Positions 6,008 to 14,243 of a stretch of DNA of 38,672 bases are shown here, piece after piece. A program made the position numbers and the translations under genes. The stretch comes from a virus. Lineage: Duplodnaviria > Caudoviricetes. The notes under the pieces were generated by a model. That model was not told the origin of the DNA and made no database searches. It saw only the letters and a list, made by a program, of their open reading frames with translations. The stretch covers positions 1 to 38,672 of the IMG/VR virus record IMGVR_UViG_3300024309_000065. One strand, 5' to 3'. How positions within the stretch are numbered: position 1 is the stretch's first letter; every line of letters begins with the position of its first letter.

Positions 6008-8640
6008 AGGACATTCTCCGGGCTTTGGGGGTTTTCGAAGATCCAGCAGCGGACGATCTGGCCCGCCGGGTTGTTGACATTGTCGGTGGCGAGCCATTTC
6101 CGGCTCTTGGATCCGCGCAGCACCTTCTTGAGCTTGTCGAGGTCGGGCGGGACGATGCCGGCGTTGCGGCAGCGCGCTTCGAATTCGACCAGGCGGATGG
6201 CGATCTTGCCGGCGTTGCGATGCTGGTTGATCGACTTGCCGATGGCGTGATCTTCCAGCTTTTCGCGATCGAGCAGATATTCGACCTGCTCCCAGAAGCG
6301 GGCGACCAGCGGATGATCGCCGCCGCTGCTCTGCTGACGATCGAGCGCCATCGCGTCGACCAGCTCGACCGTTTCCTTGATCCATGCCAGTTGGACGGGG
6401 AAAAGGTGGGCCAGTGCTTCGACGGCGGCGGCAAGCTGCGAGTGCGTCTTGATCGGTCGGCTGTTGGTCAGGCCGGCTACGCGCGCCGGCATCGCCCGGT
6501 CATGATGATTGTAACGGTCGAAGAAGAAGTTCAGGAACTTCGCCTCGTTGCGGACGATGTGCACGATCGTCCCCGAAACCTCCTCCATCGGCCATGTTTC
6601 GAGGCGAACGGCAGATTCGCGCGTTGCCTCCGACCAGCGCGCCTTGTCGATCGGCGTCGACATGAGGCGCTCCAGCACCGCCGGATGCGCGTCGATCCGC
6701 TCATTCTGCATTAGGTAGATGGCGCCGTTGAAGGGCGGCTCGCTGGTTTCGTAGCCGTTCGATTTCTGGCCAAGCCCGCGCGGCGAGCGGCCGCCATAGA
6801 GCACCAGCAATTCGTTGGGGTCGAACTGGCGCGTCCCGCTGCGCTTCTCGTCGTCGCGACCGCTTTCCATGAAGCCGACCGGCAGGTTCGACACCTTGAG
6901 CAGGCTGCGCGCGATGAAGGCGGGGGTGCCCTTGTTCGGGTCGAAACCTTCGTATCCGGCGCGGCCGGCCAGCTTCCAGCAAAATTCGATCAGGGTGGAC
7001 TTGCCGGATCCGGGCGGGCCGGTCAGTTCCAGGAAGCCTAGCGTCTTGTGCCGGTCGCGGATCTGCACCGCGAAAAAGCTCATGACGAAGAAAGCGAGCG
7101 TCACCAGACCTTTTGGGCCATAGGCGATCCAGAGATCTTCCACCCAGGGGAAGGCGATCTTGTCCGCATCGTAGTGGATGTCGAGCAGCCGTTCCGGGCT
7201 GCGCAGCTTCACCGCCTGCTTGCCGAAATCGAAGTAATTCTCGCCATTGATCTTTTCGATCCGGCCATCACGCACGGCGATGTCGCCGAACAGCCAGGCA
7301 CGGTGCGGCGCCGAATATCCGGTGAAGGGGATGGGTTCGACGACCTTCAACCGCCGGGTCTGGTTGCGCATCAGGCGGTCGAGCTGCTCACCCGATCCGC
7401 TCCACATGCCGGCGAAGGCCATCAGGCGCTTCTTGAACTCGCCGGGGTTGGCGCAGGTGGCAGCGGTGAAACGGGCTTTGACCGTGGGCTGATCAGGGAA
7501 ATCGACCTGGAGGAAGTAGTTGGTTTCGTCGGCAACCTCGTCCCGCTCGCGATAGAGCATGCGGAAGGCGCAGTTGGCGATTTCCTCCACCTGCAGCTCA
7601 TGCTCATCGTCCTTCCAGACGGAGCGGCACCACCACAGGCGGTTGTCGTGGCGGAAATCGAAACTGGCGAGGCTGGTGCGCTGGAAAATGAGGCGCGCCT
7701 TTTCGCGCTGCGTCTTGGCCAGCGTGACGGCACCATTCCAGAGATAGCCCTCGATCGCGTGTTCCGACAGCGGCGCCTTTTCGGGATCTCCCTTCCACTG
7801 CTGGTGGCGCAGAAGCAGGTCGTTCCAATCGAGGGTCGTGCCTTCCCCATCGGGGCGCACCTGCGCGGCCGTGGCGGCCCAACCTTCGGCTGCGGCGCGA
7901 TCGACGAACTTGCGCGCCCATTTGACGCCGGCGCCGCCGGGATCAAAGGCGAAGACCAGCTCCGGCCGGGTCGACCGCTTCAATGAGCGGATCTCTTCCT
8001 TGAGTTGATCGAGGAAATGTTCGGGCCAATAGTTGCAGGACATGGCCGACACGGTCAGCAGGCCGGCGCCCTGATAGAGGGCCATGGCATTGAAGATGCC
8101 CTCGCAGATCCAGACCTGGTCCGCCTTGGCATAGTCCTCGAAAAACAGCTTGGGCGGGATCCAGCAGTGACCGCCGGGCTTGCTGCCCTTCTTGAAATGC
8201 GCCTTTTTCGCGAAGCGACCGGGCCGATCGATGATGCGTTCCCACCAGCTGTCACCGACCTGAAAGCGGATCGTGGCGCCGGAGTGGCCGCTATCGTGAT
8301 CGCGATAGACTTCCTGGCTATAGCTGCCGCGCAGGTGCTGGAGATCCAGCCCGCGTTCGTGGACCAGATAGGCGTCGGCCGCCGCGTTCGGATTGGTGTT
8401 GGTGGTGGGGAAACGCTTGGACCAGTCCTCGAACAGATCGGGCAGCAGGCTGCGGACGCTTTCTTCCCATCCGCACTTTTCCTGTCGCCCGCAGCGAACA
8501 ATCTTGGGATCCTTGGAAGCGCAGAACGCCTCCCACTTGCCGCAATCGGGGCAGAGCCCTTCCTGCAGCCAGGTGCCGCCCGTCTTCTTGAAACGGAACT
8601 TGTCGGTCAGGCCTTTGAGAATATCAGCTTCGAGGTTCAC
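6004..8640 (-). CDS. Replication primase-helicase (Zn finger + TOPRIM + P-loop NTPase)
   Basis: CPDC...CGRQEKC zinc finger, ICEGIFNA TOPRIM strand, Walker A GPPGSGKST; GTG start at 8640 overlapping the upstream stop. Confidence 0.88.
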   Translation of the reverse strand: MNLEADILKGLTDKFRFKKTGGTWLQEGLCPDCGKWEAFCASKDPKIVRCGRQEKCGWEESVRSLLPDLFEDWSKRFPTTNTNPNAAADAYLVHERGLDLQHLRGSYSQEVYRDHDSGHSGATIRFQVGDSWWERIIDRPGRFAKKAHFKKGSKPGGHCWIPPKLFFEDYAKADQVWICEGIFNAMALYQGAGLLTVSAMSCNYWPEHFLDQLKEEIRSLKRSTRPELVFAFDPGGAGVKWARKFVDRAAAEGWAATAAQVRPDGEGTTLDWNDLLLRHQQWKGDPEKAPLSEHAIEGYLWNGAVTLAKTQREKARLIFQRTSLASFDFRHDNRLWWCRSVWKDDEHELQVEEIANCAFRMLYRERDEVADETNYFLQVDFPDQPTVKARFTAATCANPGEFKKRLMAFAGMWSGSGEQLDRLMRNQTRRLKVVEPIPFTGYSAPHRAWLFGDIAVRDGRIEKINGENYFDFGKQAVKLRSPERLLDIHYDADKIAFPWVEDLWIAYGPKGLVTLAFFVMSFFAVQIRDRHKTLGFLELTGPPGSGKSTLIEFCWKLAGRAGYEGFDPNKGTPAFIARSLLKVSNLPVGFMESGRDDEKRSGTRQFDPNELLVLYGGRSPRGLGQKSNGYETSEPPFNGAIYLMQNERIDAHPAVLERLMSTPIDKARWSEATRESAVRLETWPMEEVSGTIVHIVRNEAKFLNFFFDRYNHHDRAMPARVAGLTNSRPIKTHSQLAAAVEALAHLFPVQLAWIKETVELVDAMALDRQQSSGGDHPLVARFWEQVEYLLDREKLEDHAIGKSINQHRNAGKIAIRLVEFEARCRNAGIVPPDLDKLKKVLRGSKSRKWLATDNVNNPAGQIVRCWIFENPQSPENVL

Positions 8641-8864
8641 CGGGCGGCACCCCCGCGCAGCAGGTGCTTGGCCATGCCGCACAATTCGGCGGCCTGTTCG
8701 CTGACGATGCGGGCCGTGCGCTTCTCGCCGCTATCCATTATGTTGAGGCTGGCCAGAGCCAGCAGGCGGGCGCTGTGATGCGCCGTGATTGCCATATGCC
8801 CCAGCACGGTTTCCAGATCATCGATCCGCACCTTGAGTGCGGTGGTCTCGTCTTTCGTAGACAC
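8637..8864 (-). CDS. Hypothetical protein (75 aa)
   Basis: GTG start after a GAGGGGGAA RBS; coupled to the primase gene. Confidence 0.55.
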   Translation of the reverse strand: MSTKDETTALKVRIDDLETVLGHMAITAHHSARLLALASLNIMDSGEKRTARIVSEQAAELCGMAKHLLRGGAAR

Positions 8865-8932
8865 AGTTTCCCCCTCGCCCGCAGCGCGGGCGTTGTTCAG
8901 ATTCGGCAATGGATGGTGGGTCGGCCGGCGGA

Positions 8933-9301
8933 TCAGCCGCCGGCGAACATGGTCAGCTGGTTGGGATCATCGCCGGCATCGCGGGCGGGCGGCAGGACAT
9001 GGGGCACCTGATCACGCGGGCAGATCGGCAGATCCAGATCCGGGCGATCGATAAGGCCGGGGCAGTAGGTATGGCGAAACACCAGCTCCAGGCCGAAGGT
9101 GTGGCCGCAGCCGGTGTTGGTGCAGTGCGCATCCAGATGCTTGACCTTCTCCGTCACGCGGGTGCTGCGGCGGATGAAGGCCGGCGCATCGCATTTGGGG
9201 CAGATGGCGAGGCTGTTCTGCTTGGCCTTCTCGCCGCCCGACGACATGCGGAACTGCAGGGGCGCCTCGACCAGCGGGCGCGGTGGTTGCTGATGGATCA
9301 T
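8933..9301 (-). CDS. ogr: Ogr/Delta-family late transcription activator
   Basis: CPKC-x22-CTNTGCGHTF zinc finger typical of P2 Ogr. Confidence 0.9.
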   Translation of the reverse strand: MIHQQPPRPLVEAPLQFRMSSGGEKAKQNSLAICPKCDAPAFIRRSTRVTEKVKHLDAHCTNTGCGHTFGLELVFRHTYCPGLIDRPDLDLPICPRDQVPHVLPPARDAGDDPNQLTMFAGG

Positions 9302-9756
9302 TTGCCTTCCCCCGTTTCGCGGCGCTCGATGGCGGCGAGCGCGGTTTTCAGCATGTCCAGCGCGTCCTGAATTTCCTTGCGGGCGCGCCGGATGGTGCGG
9401 ATGTCGGTGCAGCTGGCGGCCGCGATGATGGCGGCGATGGCCTCGCCGGTTTCCTTGGCGGAGGATCCGGCGAGGCCGGCCAGGCAGAGATCGGGGGCAT
9501 CCCTGCCAGCGAGATCGAGGCGCAGGCCATGCAGACGATGGAAAGGCGCATGATCGCCGCCATGATCAAGAAAAGCGCGGTCGAGCCGTTCGGCATCGAT
9601 CAGGCGGATTTCCGTCTCGCAATCGGGATCCGACCAGCGGCGCACGGCCTCGACCGACTTGACCCCGCAAATGGCGGCGCAGCGATCCCAGCCAATGACC
9701 TGGGCTATGGTGGTCAGGGTGCGCTCATAGGTGAGCGGTTCGCGGATCTTGGTCAC
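9298..9756 (-). CDS. CII-like phage regulatory protein
   Basis: N-terminal HTH (IGWDRCAAICG...VRRWSDPD) and helical C-terminus; position between cro and ogr. Confidence 0.65.
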   Translation of the reverse strand: MTKIREPLTYERTLTTIAQVIGWDRCAAICGVKSVEAVRRWSDPDCETEIRLIDAERLDRAFLDHGGDHAPFHRLHGLRLDLAGRDAPDLCLAGLAGSSAKETGEAIAAIIAAASCTDIRTIRRARKEIQDALDMLKTALAAIERRETGEGK

Positions 9757-10097
9757 AGCGCCGCTCCCTTGGTTTCTGCGCCGCGATCCAAGGCGACACG
9801 GCCCTGCCGGCGATCTAGGCCGTAGATGCGGGCGCCGGTGTGGCGATCCGTGCCATACCAGCGCTTGGGCGCCTGCGGCAGATCGAGGGGATACAGGTCC
9901 GGACGGAGCAGATGGCGAGGAACGCCGGTGGCCGCCTCAACCTGCAGCACATATTCGCCGGGCAGGCGCTTGGAGCTTTGCACCCATTTCCAGACAGCGG
10001 TGGGCGATACCCCGCAAATGCGGGCAAGTTCCGACTGTGAGCCAGCGACATCGATCGCCTGCGTCAGCGCTTCATAAGGGGTGAGCGTTTGAACCAT
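9753..10097 (-). CDS. Cro/YdaS-like transcriptional regulator
   Basis: GSQSELARICGVSPTAVWKW HTH and LLRPDLY motif; divergent from cI. Confidence 0.85.
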   Translation of the reverse strand: MVQTLTPYEALTQAIDVAGSQSELARICGVSPTAVWKWVQSSKRLPGEYVLQVEAATGVPRHLLRPDLYPLDLPQAPKRWYGTDRHTGARIYGLDRRQGRVALDRGAETKGAAL

Positions 10098-10170
10098 GGT
10101 TGATGTTTTAACTAAGGTTGCAGGGCGGCGCAATAAGAAAAGTTGCATCGCTGATTTTTACCAAGGTTGT
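10090..10170. promoter_or_regulatory. cI/cro switch: four operator-like sites and a leftward promoter
   Basis: AACCATGGTTG (10092), AACTAAGGTTG (10110), AAGAAAAGTTG (10135), TACCAAGGTTG (10159); on the minus strand TTGCGC-N17-TAAAAC-N7-ATG. Confidence 0.7.
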
Positions 10171-10182
10171 AATGGTCAGCAG

Positions 10183-10848
10183 GTGTTTCGCAGCGATCGT
10201 CTAATGGCCTTGATGGCCGACAAGGGCCTGTCTCAGAGCGAGCTGGCGCGCCGGGTCGGCGTGTCGCCGACGGCAATCTGGAAATTGATGAACGAGCCGG
10301 CCCAGGGTTCGAAGCACACGCACAAGATTGCGCGCGAGCTGGACACAACCGCCGAATATCTGATGGGCGAGACGGACGATGCCGGCATGTCGAGGCAGCT
10401 GGTCGCCGCAGCCCAACCGGTGGTCGAAATCGACGAAGATCTGGTCGAGATCGACAGCATCGATCTCAAATATGGCATGGGCGGCACCTTCCTCGACACC
10501 GATCATATCGAGGTGGCGAAGGTCAAGTTTTCGCGCAGCTGGATCAGTCAGTTCACCAGCTCACCGCCGCACATGCTGTGCAGCACAAGGGGTGCTGGCG
10601 ATTCAATGATGCCGACGATCCACGACCAGGACGTCGTGATCATCGATCGGTCGCAGACGCGCCCGGAGATGGGCGACAAGATCTGGGCCATCGTCTATTC
10701 GGGCTGGGGCATGATAAAGCGCCTGCGCGCGCAGCCGGATGGCACAATCCGCATCAGCTCCGACAATCAGCTGATCCGCGACGACTTCGCCAGCGACGGC
10801 GACCTGTTCATCGTTGGCCGCGTCGTCGCGGTGGTGAAGAGCGTCTGA
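10183..10848 (+). CDS. cI: CI-like repressor (XRE HTH + S24 autopeptidase)
   Basis: LSQSELARRVGVSPTAIWKL HTH, GDSMMPTI catalytic Ser, IKRL catalytic Lys, IVGRVV end; start uncertain (GTG 10183 or ATG 10204). Confidence 0.92.
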   Translation: MFRSDRLMALMADKGLSQSELARRVGVSPTAIWKLMNEPAQGSKHTHKIARELDTTAEYLMGETDDAGMSRQLVAAAQPVVEIDEDLVEIDSIDLKYGMGGTFLDTDHIEVAKVKFSRSWISQFTSSPPHMLCSTRGAGDSMMPTIHDQDVVIIDRSQTRPEMGDKIWAIVYSGWGMIKRLRAQPDGTIRISSDNQLIRDDFASDGDLFIVGRVVAVVKSV

Positions 10849-10850
10849 CC

Positions 10851-11270
10851 ATGGCGGGCGCGCTGCAGGCGATGTCCCTGGCCGTTGTCGGCGCGCAATT
10901 TCCCAATACTGACGGCTCTGATAGGCGCTTCGAAACATTACTCTGCCCGCCGGGCGAGGCGATCGAATTGCGGCCTGAACCGACCAACAAGCATGATCCT
11001 TTGGCGATAGCCGTCTATTCGGCGCGGGGCGTCCAGATCGGATATGTGTCGGCCGAGCGTTGCGGCCGGATCGGCCAGCTGATGCGGCTGGGGCATGAGG
11101 TTCAAGCGGTCTTCCAGGGCGTGACAAAAAGGGGGGCGTGGATCCGCATCGCCTTTGACGGCGAGACACCAGAGCTGCCTTCCTCATCGGCAGGGGCATC
11201 GCGTGATCGGGATCATAGCGAACCTGCCGATGATCAGTTTTATCCAGACGAAGAGTGGCCTGACTTCTAA
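10851..11270 (+). CDS. HIRAN domain protein
   Basis: LAVVG...ELRPEPTNKHDPLAIAVYSARGVQIGYV is the HIRAN signature; ATG 2 nt after the cI stop. Confidence 0.88.
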   Translation: MAGALQAMSLAVVGAQFPNTDGSDRRFETLLCPPGEAIELRPEPTNKHDPLAIAVYSARGVQIGYVSAERCGRIGQLMRLGHEVQAVFQGVTKRGAWIRIAFDGETPELPSSSAGASRDRDHSEPADDQFYPDEEWPDF

Positions 11271-11296
11271 TTTTCAGCATGATCGGGGGGACAACG

Positions 11297-12016
11297 ATGT
11301 TTACGAGCGCCTTTCTGCGGATGAAGGTAACCCCGCCAACGCTCACAATTCGTGCCGAGGTTATTGGACCAGACGATGCGCCGGCGAGCCGCATCCGCTC
11401 TCGCGATCACAGCTCCTCCTGGTCGTGCCGCATTCTTTACGTCGATTCGAAAGGTAAGGAAAAAGAGCGGGACATCACCTGCCGGCGCCTGGACGGCTAT
11501 GGCCATGCCACCCACATTCACGCCTATTGCCATGCCCGCGAGGCACCGAGGATGTTCAAGATCGAAAACATCCGGGAAGTAATGGACCTGGCGACCGGGG
11601 AGATGGTCGAGGCAAAAAGGCACTTCGAAATGCTCGCAGCCACCGGCGCCCTGCCGTTTGAAGACAAGGGTTTTGCCGACTTCACGAAGATCACGCTTTT
11701 CATGGCAAAATGTGACGGCGATTATCACCCGCTCGAAGCCGATGCCCTAGAGGCTGCGATAACTGCCTACGTGATCCGCTTTGGCGGTAATGACGATATG
11801 ATCGAGGCGGCCATGCGGAGAACGCCGGCAATCGCGCCCGACGGGCGGGATGTTGCAATCGGACTTAAGCGGTTGAAGTCCTCACCGATCGGAACACGCG
11901 TGTCGCGATTGATACTGGATCATTGCGGTCTGATCATGGATGCCGATGGGCGGCACGATCAGAGAGAAACCGCCTGGGCGCTAGAGTTACAGGAAGCGCT
12001 AAAGGCGCAACTCTAA
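11297..12016 (+). CDS. WYL-like domain fused to a TerB-like domain
   Basis: N-half ILYVDSKG...ERDI...AYCHAREAPRMFKIENI (WYL-like); C-half MAKCDGDYHPLE...IMDADGRHDQRE (paired TerB ADG...E motifs). Confidence 0.72.
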   Translation: MFTSAFLRMKVTPPTLTIRAEVIGPDDAPASRIRSRDHSSSWSCRILYVDSKGKEKERDITCRRLDGYGHATHIHAYCHAREAPRMFKIENIREVMDLATGEMVEAKRHFEMLAATGALPFEDKGFADFTKITLFMAKCDGDYHPLEADALEAAITAYVIRFGGNDDMIEAAMRRTPAIAPDGRDVAIGLKRLKSSPIGTRVSRLILDHCGLIMDADGRHDQRETAWALELQEALKAQL

Positions 12017-12061
12017 ACATTCGCCTCGCATCAGCCACCCAAATAAAGTGAGATATTGACG

Positions 12062-12778
12062 ATGTCTCCCCCATTCCGCGAGCACAACGGCTATGCCCAG
12101 ATCAGCAAATGCGTTGATGCGGTAGGTCGCGTTAGCAGAGAGCCCTTGCTGTTCCGTGGCCATGCCACGAGTGATTGGACCGCGACACCAACTGTCTTCA
12201 GACCTGGAGAGGCGGGCATCAGTAAAATCGGCGATCTAAAATCTTGGATGGACCTGGCTCACCGGCTCATCACGCCCACGCCATCAAGCTACATGGAGTG
12301 GTTGGTTTTAGCTCGGCATTACGGAATCGCGACACCATTACTAGACTGGACGACCAATCCTCTTGTGGCGATGTTCTTTGCGTGCAGTCTAACAGGTGAC
12401 GAGGCAGTTGATAAAGACGATGCGGTAGTTGTGTTCACGCGCAGAGGGTTATTTACTCAAATATATCGGCCAGAGGAAATCGATGTTTTCGGTGAAAGCG
12501 CCCAACCTTGGATCATCGATGCAGCGACCATGAATTCACGATCATCCGCGCAAGACAGCGTCCTCACTCTTCACAGTCCACTATGTAAAACTCTGGATGT
12601 TGAAACTCTGACAACGATACCCGCACATCTGAAAGAAAACACAATATGGGCACTGCAGCGGTTTGGTATCGAAGAAACTCGTATATTTGCTGATCTAGCG
12701 ATGGCGGCGCAGCGCTTTAATCAGAATGCAGCGTTGATCAAGTTTACGGATGATTTTGCTAGGCGTGTTCCCTGGTAA
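12062..12778 (+). CDS. FRG domain protein
   Basis: LLFRGHA, ARHYGIATPLLDWTTNPLVAMFFA, NSRSSAQDS; start uncertain (TTG 12056 or ATG 12062). Confidence 0.9.
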   Translation: MSPPFREHNGYAQISKCVDAVGRVSREPLLFRGHATSDWTATPTVFRPGEAGISKIGDLKSWMDLAHRLITPTPSSYMEWLVLARHYGIATPLLDWTTNPLVAMFFACSLTGDEAVDKDDAVVVFTRRGLFTQIYRPEEIDVFGESAQPWIIDAATMNSRSSAQDSVLTLHSPLCKTLDVETLTTIPAHLKENTIWALQRFGIEETRIFADLAMAAQRFNQNAALIKFTDDFARRVPW

Positions 12779-12781
12779 AAG

Positions 12782-13774
12782 TTAGGGGCTAATTTCCAGC
12801 GTGATCTTCTGCCGGATGCCGTCGTCGTTGAATGTCGTCTCGACGTTTTCCACAAGCCATGTGATCGCATCGACCTTGCTGCCCCACCCTGACAGGGTGA
12901 GTTTGCGCCCTGGCGTGATGCGACAGTCCGCCAGGGCCAGGTCATATTCGAAACGATAGCCGCCCCGCGCGCGCTTCTTCGCTTCGGCGTCGGCGGCCTG
13001 CCTGGCGTCGGCCTCGCTCGCATAGGTGCGTTTCAGGCGCTTGGGGTTGTCGCCGCCGGTTGAATGGGTCTTCTTCCGCCCTGACGCCTGGTCATGCCAT
13101 TGCGCTTGCACCCCATCATTCTCGTCGCGTTCGGCGCGGGTGAAGCTCCAGGCCCAGCCATCGCGGCGGGTCAGCGTCAGACCAGGAATGGCGGTGCCGC
13201 TGGGCGTGGTGTCGCAGCCCACCGGCATGAAGATGAGGCGCCGATCCTTCCAGGTCGCCACGGCGTCGAAGCGACTGCCCAGATCCCGGACGAAGGCCAT
13301 GTCGGACTTGCCATTCTGATCGATGGTGATGGCCTTGCCCGACAAGTCGGGATGCACCTGCGCGGTGACGCCATGGCGGCCGGCGATGTCAGAGAGGATC
13401 GCGCCCAGGCTGACGCCCTTCCATGACTTGGTGCGGCGCCGGCGATAGCTGCCCGAGAGGTCCGCCGATCGCGCGCGGATCGTGATGCGGTCAGGCGGAC
13501 CGGATGCCTCCACCTCATCGACGGTGAAGCGGCCCTTTTCGACCAGACCGGGAATGACGTCCTCGCCGGCTTCCCAGCCCAGCGACAGCGCGATGATCTT
13601 GCCGGGATCCGGCAGTGCCAGACGGCCATCGGCATTCTGCAGGCTGAGGCTCAGCTCGTCCGCCTCGCCCCCGCGCTTTTCCGTCAGGGTCAGCTCCATG
13701 TGGCGGGGATTGACCTTGTCGGCCAGATCCACGCCGTCGAGCGTCAGGCGCATCGCCGCGCGGTTCGCGGTCAT
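12782..13774 (-). CDS. D: P2 gpD-like tail/baseplate hub protein
   Basis: LTEKRGGEADELSL, KGRFTVDEVE, IDQNGKSDMAFV; synteny. Confidence 0.9.
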   Translation of the reverse strand: MTANRAAMRLTLDGVDLADKVNPRHMELTLTEKRGGEADELSLSLQNADGRLALPDPGKIIALSLGWEAGEDVIPGLVEKGRFTVDEVEASGPPDRITIRARSADLSGSYRRRRTKSWKGVSLGAILSDIAGRHGVTAQVHPDLSGKAITIDQNGKSDMAFVRDLGSRFDAVATWKDRRLIFMPVGCDTTPSGTAIPGLTLTRRDGWAWSFTRAERDENDGVQAQWHDQASGRKKTHSTGGDNPKRLKRTYASEADARQAADAEAKKRARGGYRFEYDLALADCRITPGRKLTLSGWGSKVDAITWLVENVETTFNDDGIRQKITLEISP

Positions 13775-14178
13775 CCGTCGACCCGCTTCAGATCCATGGT
13801 GAACTGCTGGCCGCGCGGCAGGCCGCCGGCCATGATGCCGACATGGCCAAGATCCATCCCCTCGATCCGATAATGGCCCATCACGTAGCCCAGCCCATCG
13901 ACCAGCGGCCAGTTGTCGCCGGTGTCGCCCATCTCGATCAGGCGGTCGATCGACGCATAGCTGCCGGCGACTTCGGGCACGACCAGGCCGGCGATCGTCA
14001 CCAGATCTTCACCGGGGCCGGCGAACTGACTGGCGGGACGCGCGCCGAAGCGGTCCATTTCCTCATGCCGCCAGCTGATGCGGCGTTGCAGATCCTGATA
14101 GGGGATGGTGTCCATGCCGAAGATGAACATGCCCAGCGTCATCAGGTGCGCCGGGCTGACGATGGGGAGCGTGGCCAT
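13771..14178 (-). CDS. U: P2 gpU-like tail protein
   Basis: LMTLGMFIFG, RFGARPASQFAGPGED; synteny. Confidence 0.88.
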   Translation of the reverse strand: MATLPIVSPAHLMTLGMFIFGMDTIPYQDLQRRISWRHEEMDRFGARPASQFAGPGEDLVTIAGLVVPEVAGSYASIDRLIEMGDTGDNWPLVDGLGYVMGHYRIEGMDLGHVGIMAGGLPRGQQFTMDLKRVDG

Positions 14179-14197
14179 TGGCCCGGTCTGGGCCACC

Positions 14198-14243
14198 CGC
14201 GCGCGCGAAGCGAGCGGGTGGCCGGGTAGGACGCAGCGTTACC
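14198..14243 (-). promoter_or_regulatory. Putative Ogr-dependent late promoter (gpU-gpD)
   Basis: CGCGCGCGCGAAG 14198-14210 and dyad GGT-N13-ACC 14225-14243. Confidence 0.7.

Noticed and set aside
10090-12060. Alphaproteobacterial LexA box (GTTC-N7-GTTC) or CtrA box controlling the cassette
   Set aside because: No convincing match found by eye; the repeats present fit phage operators better
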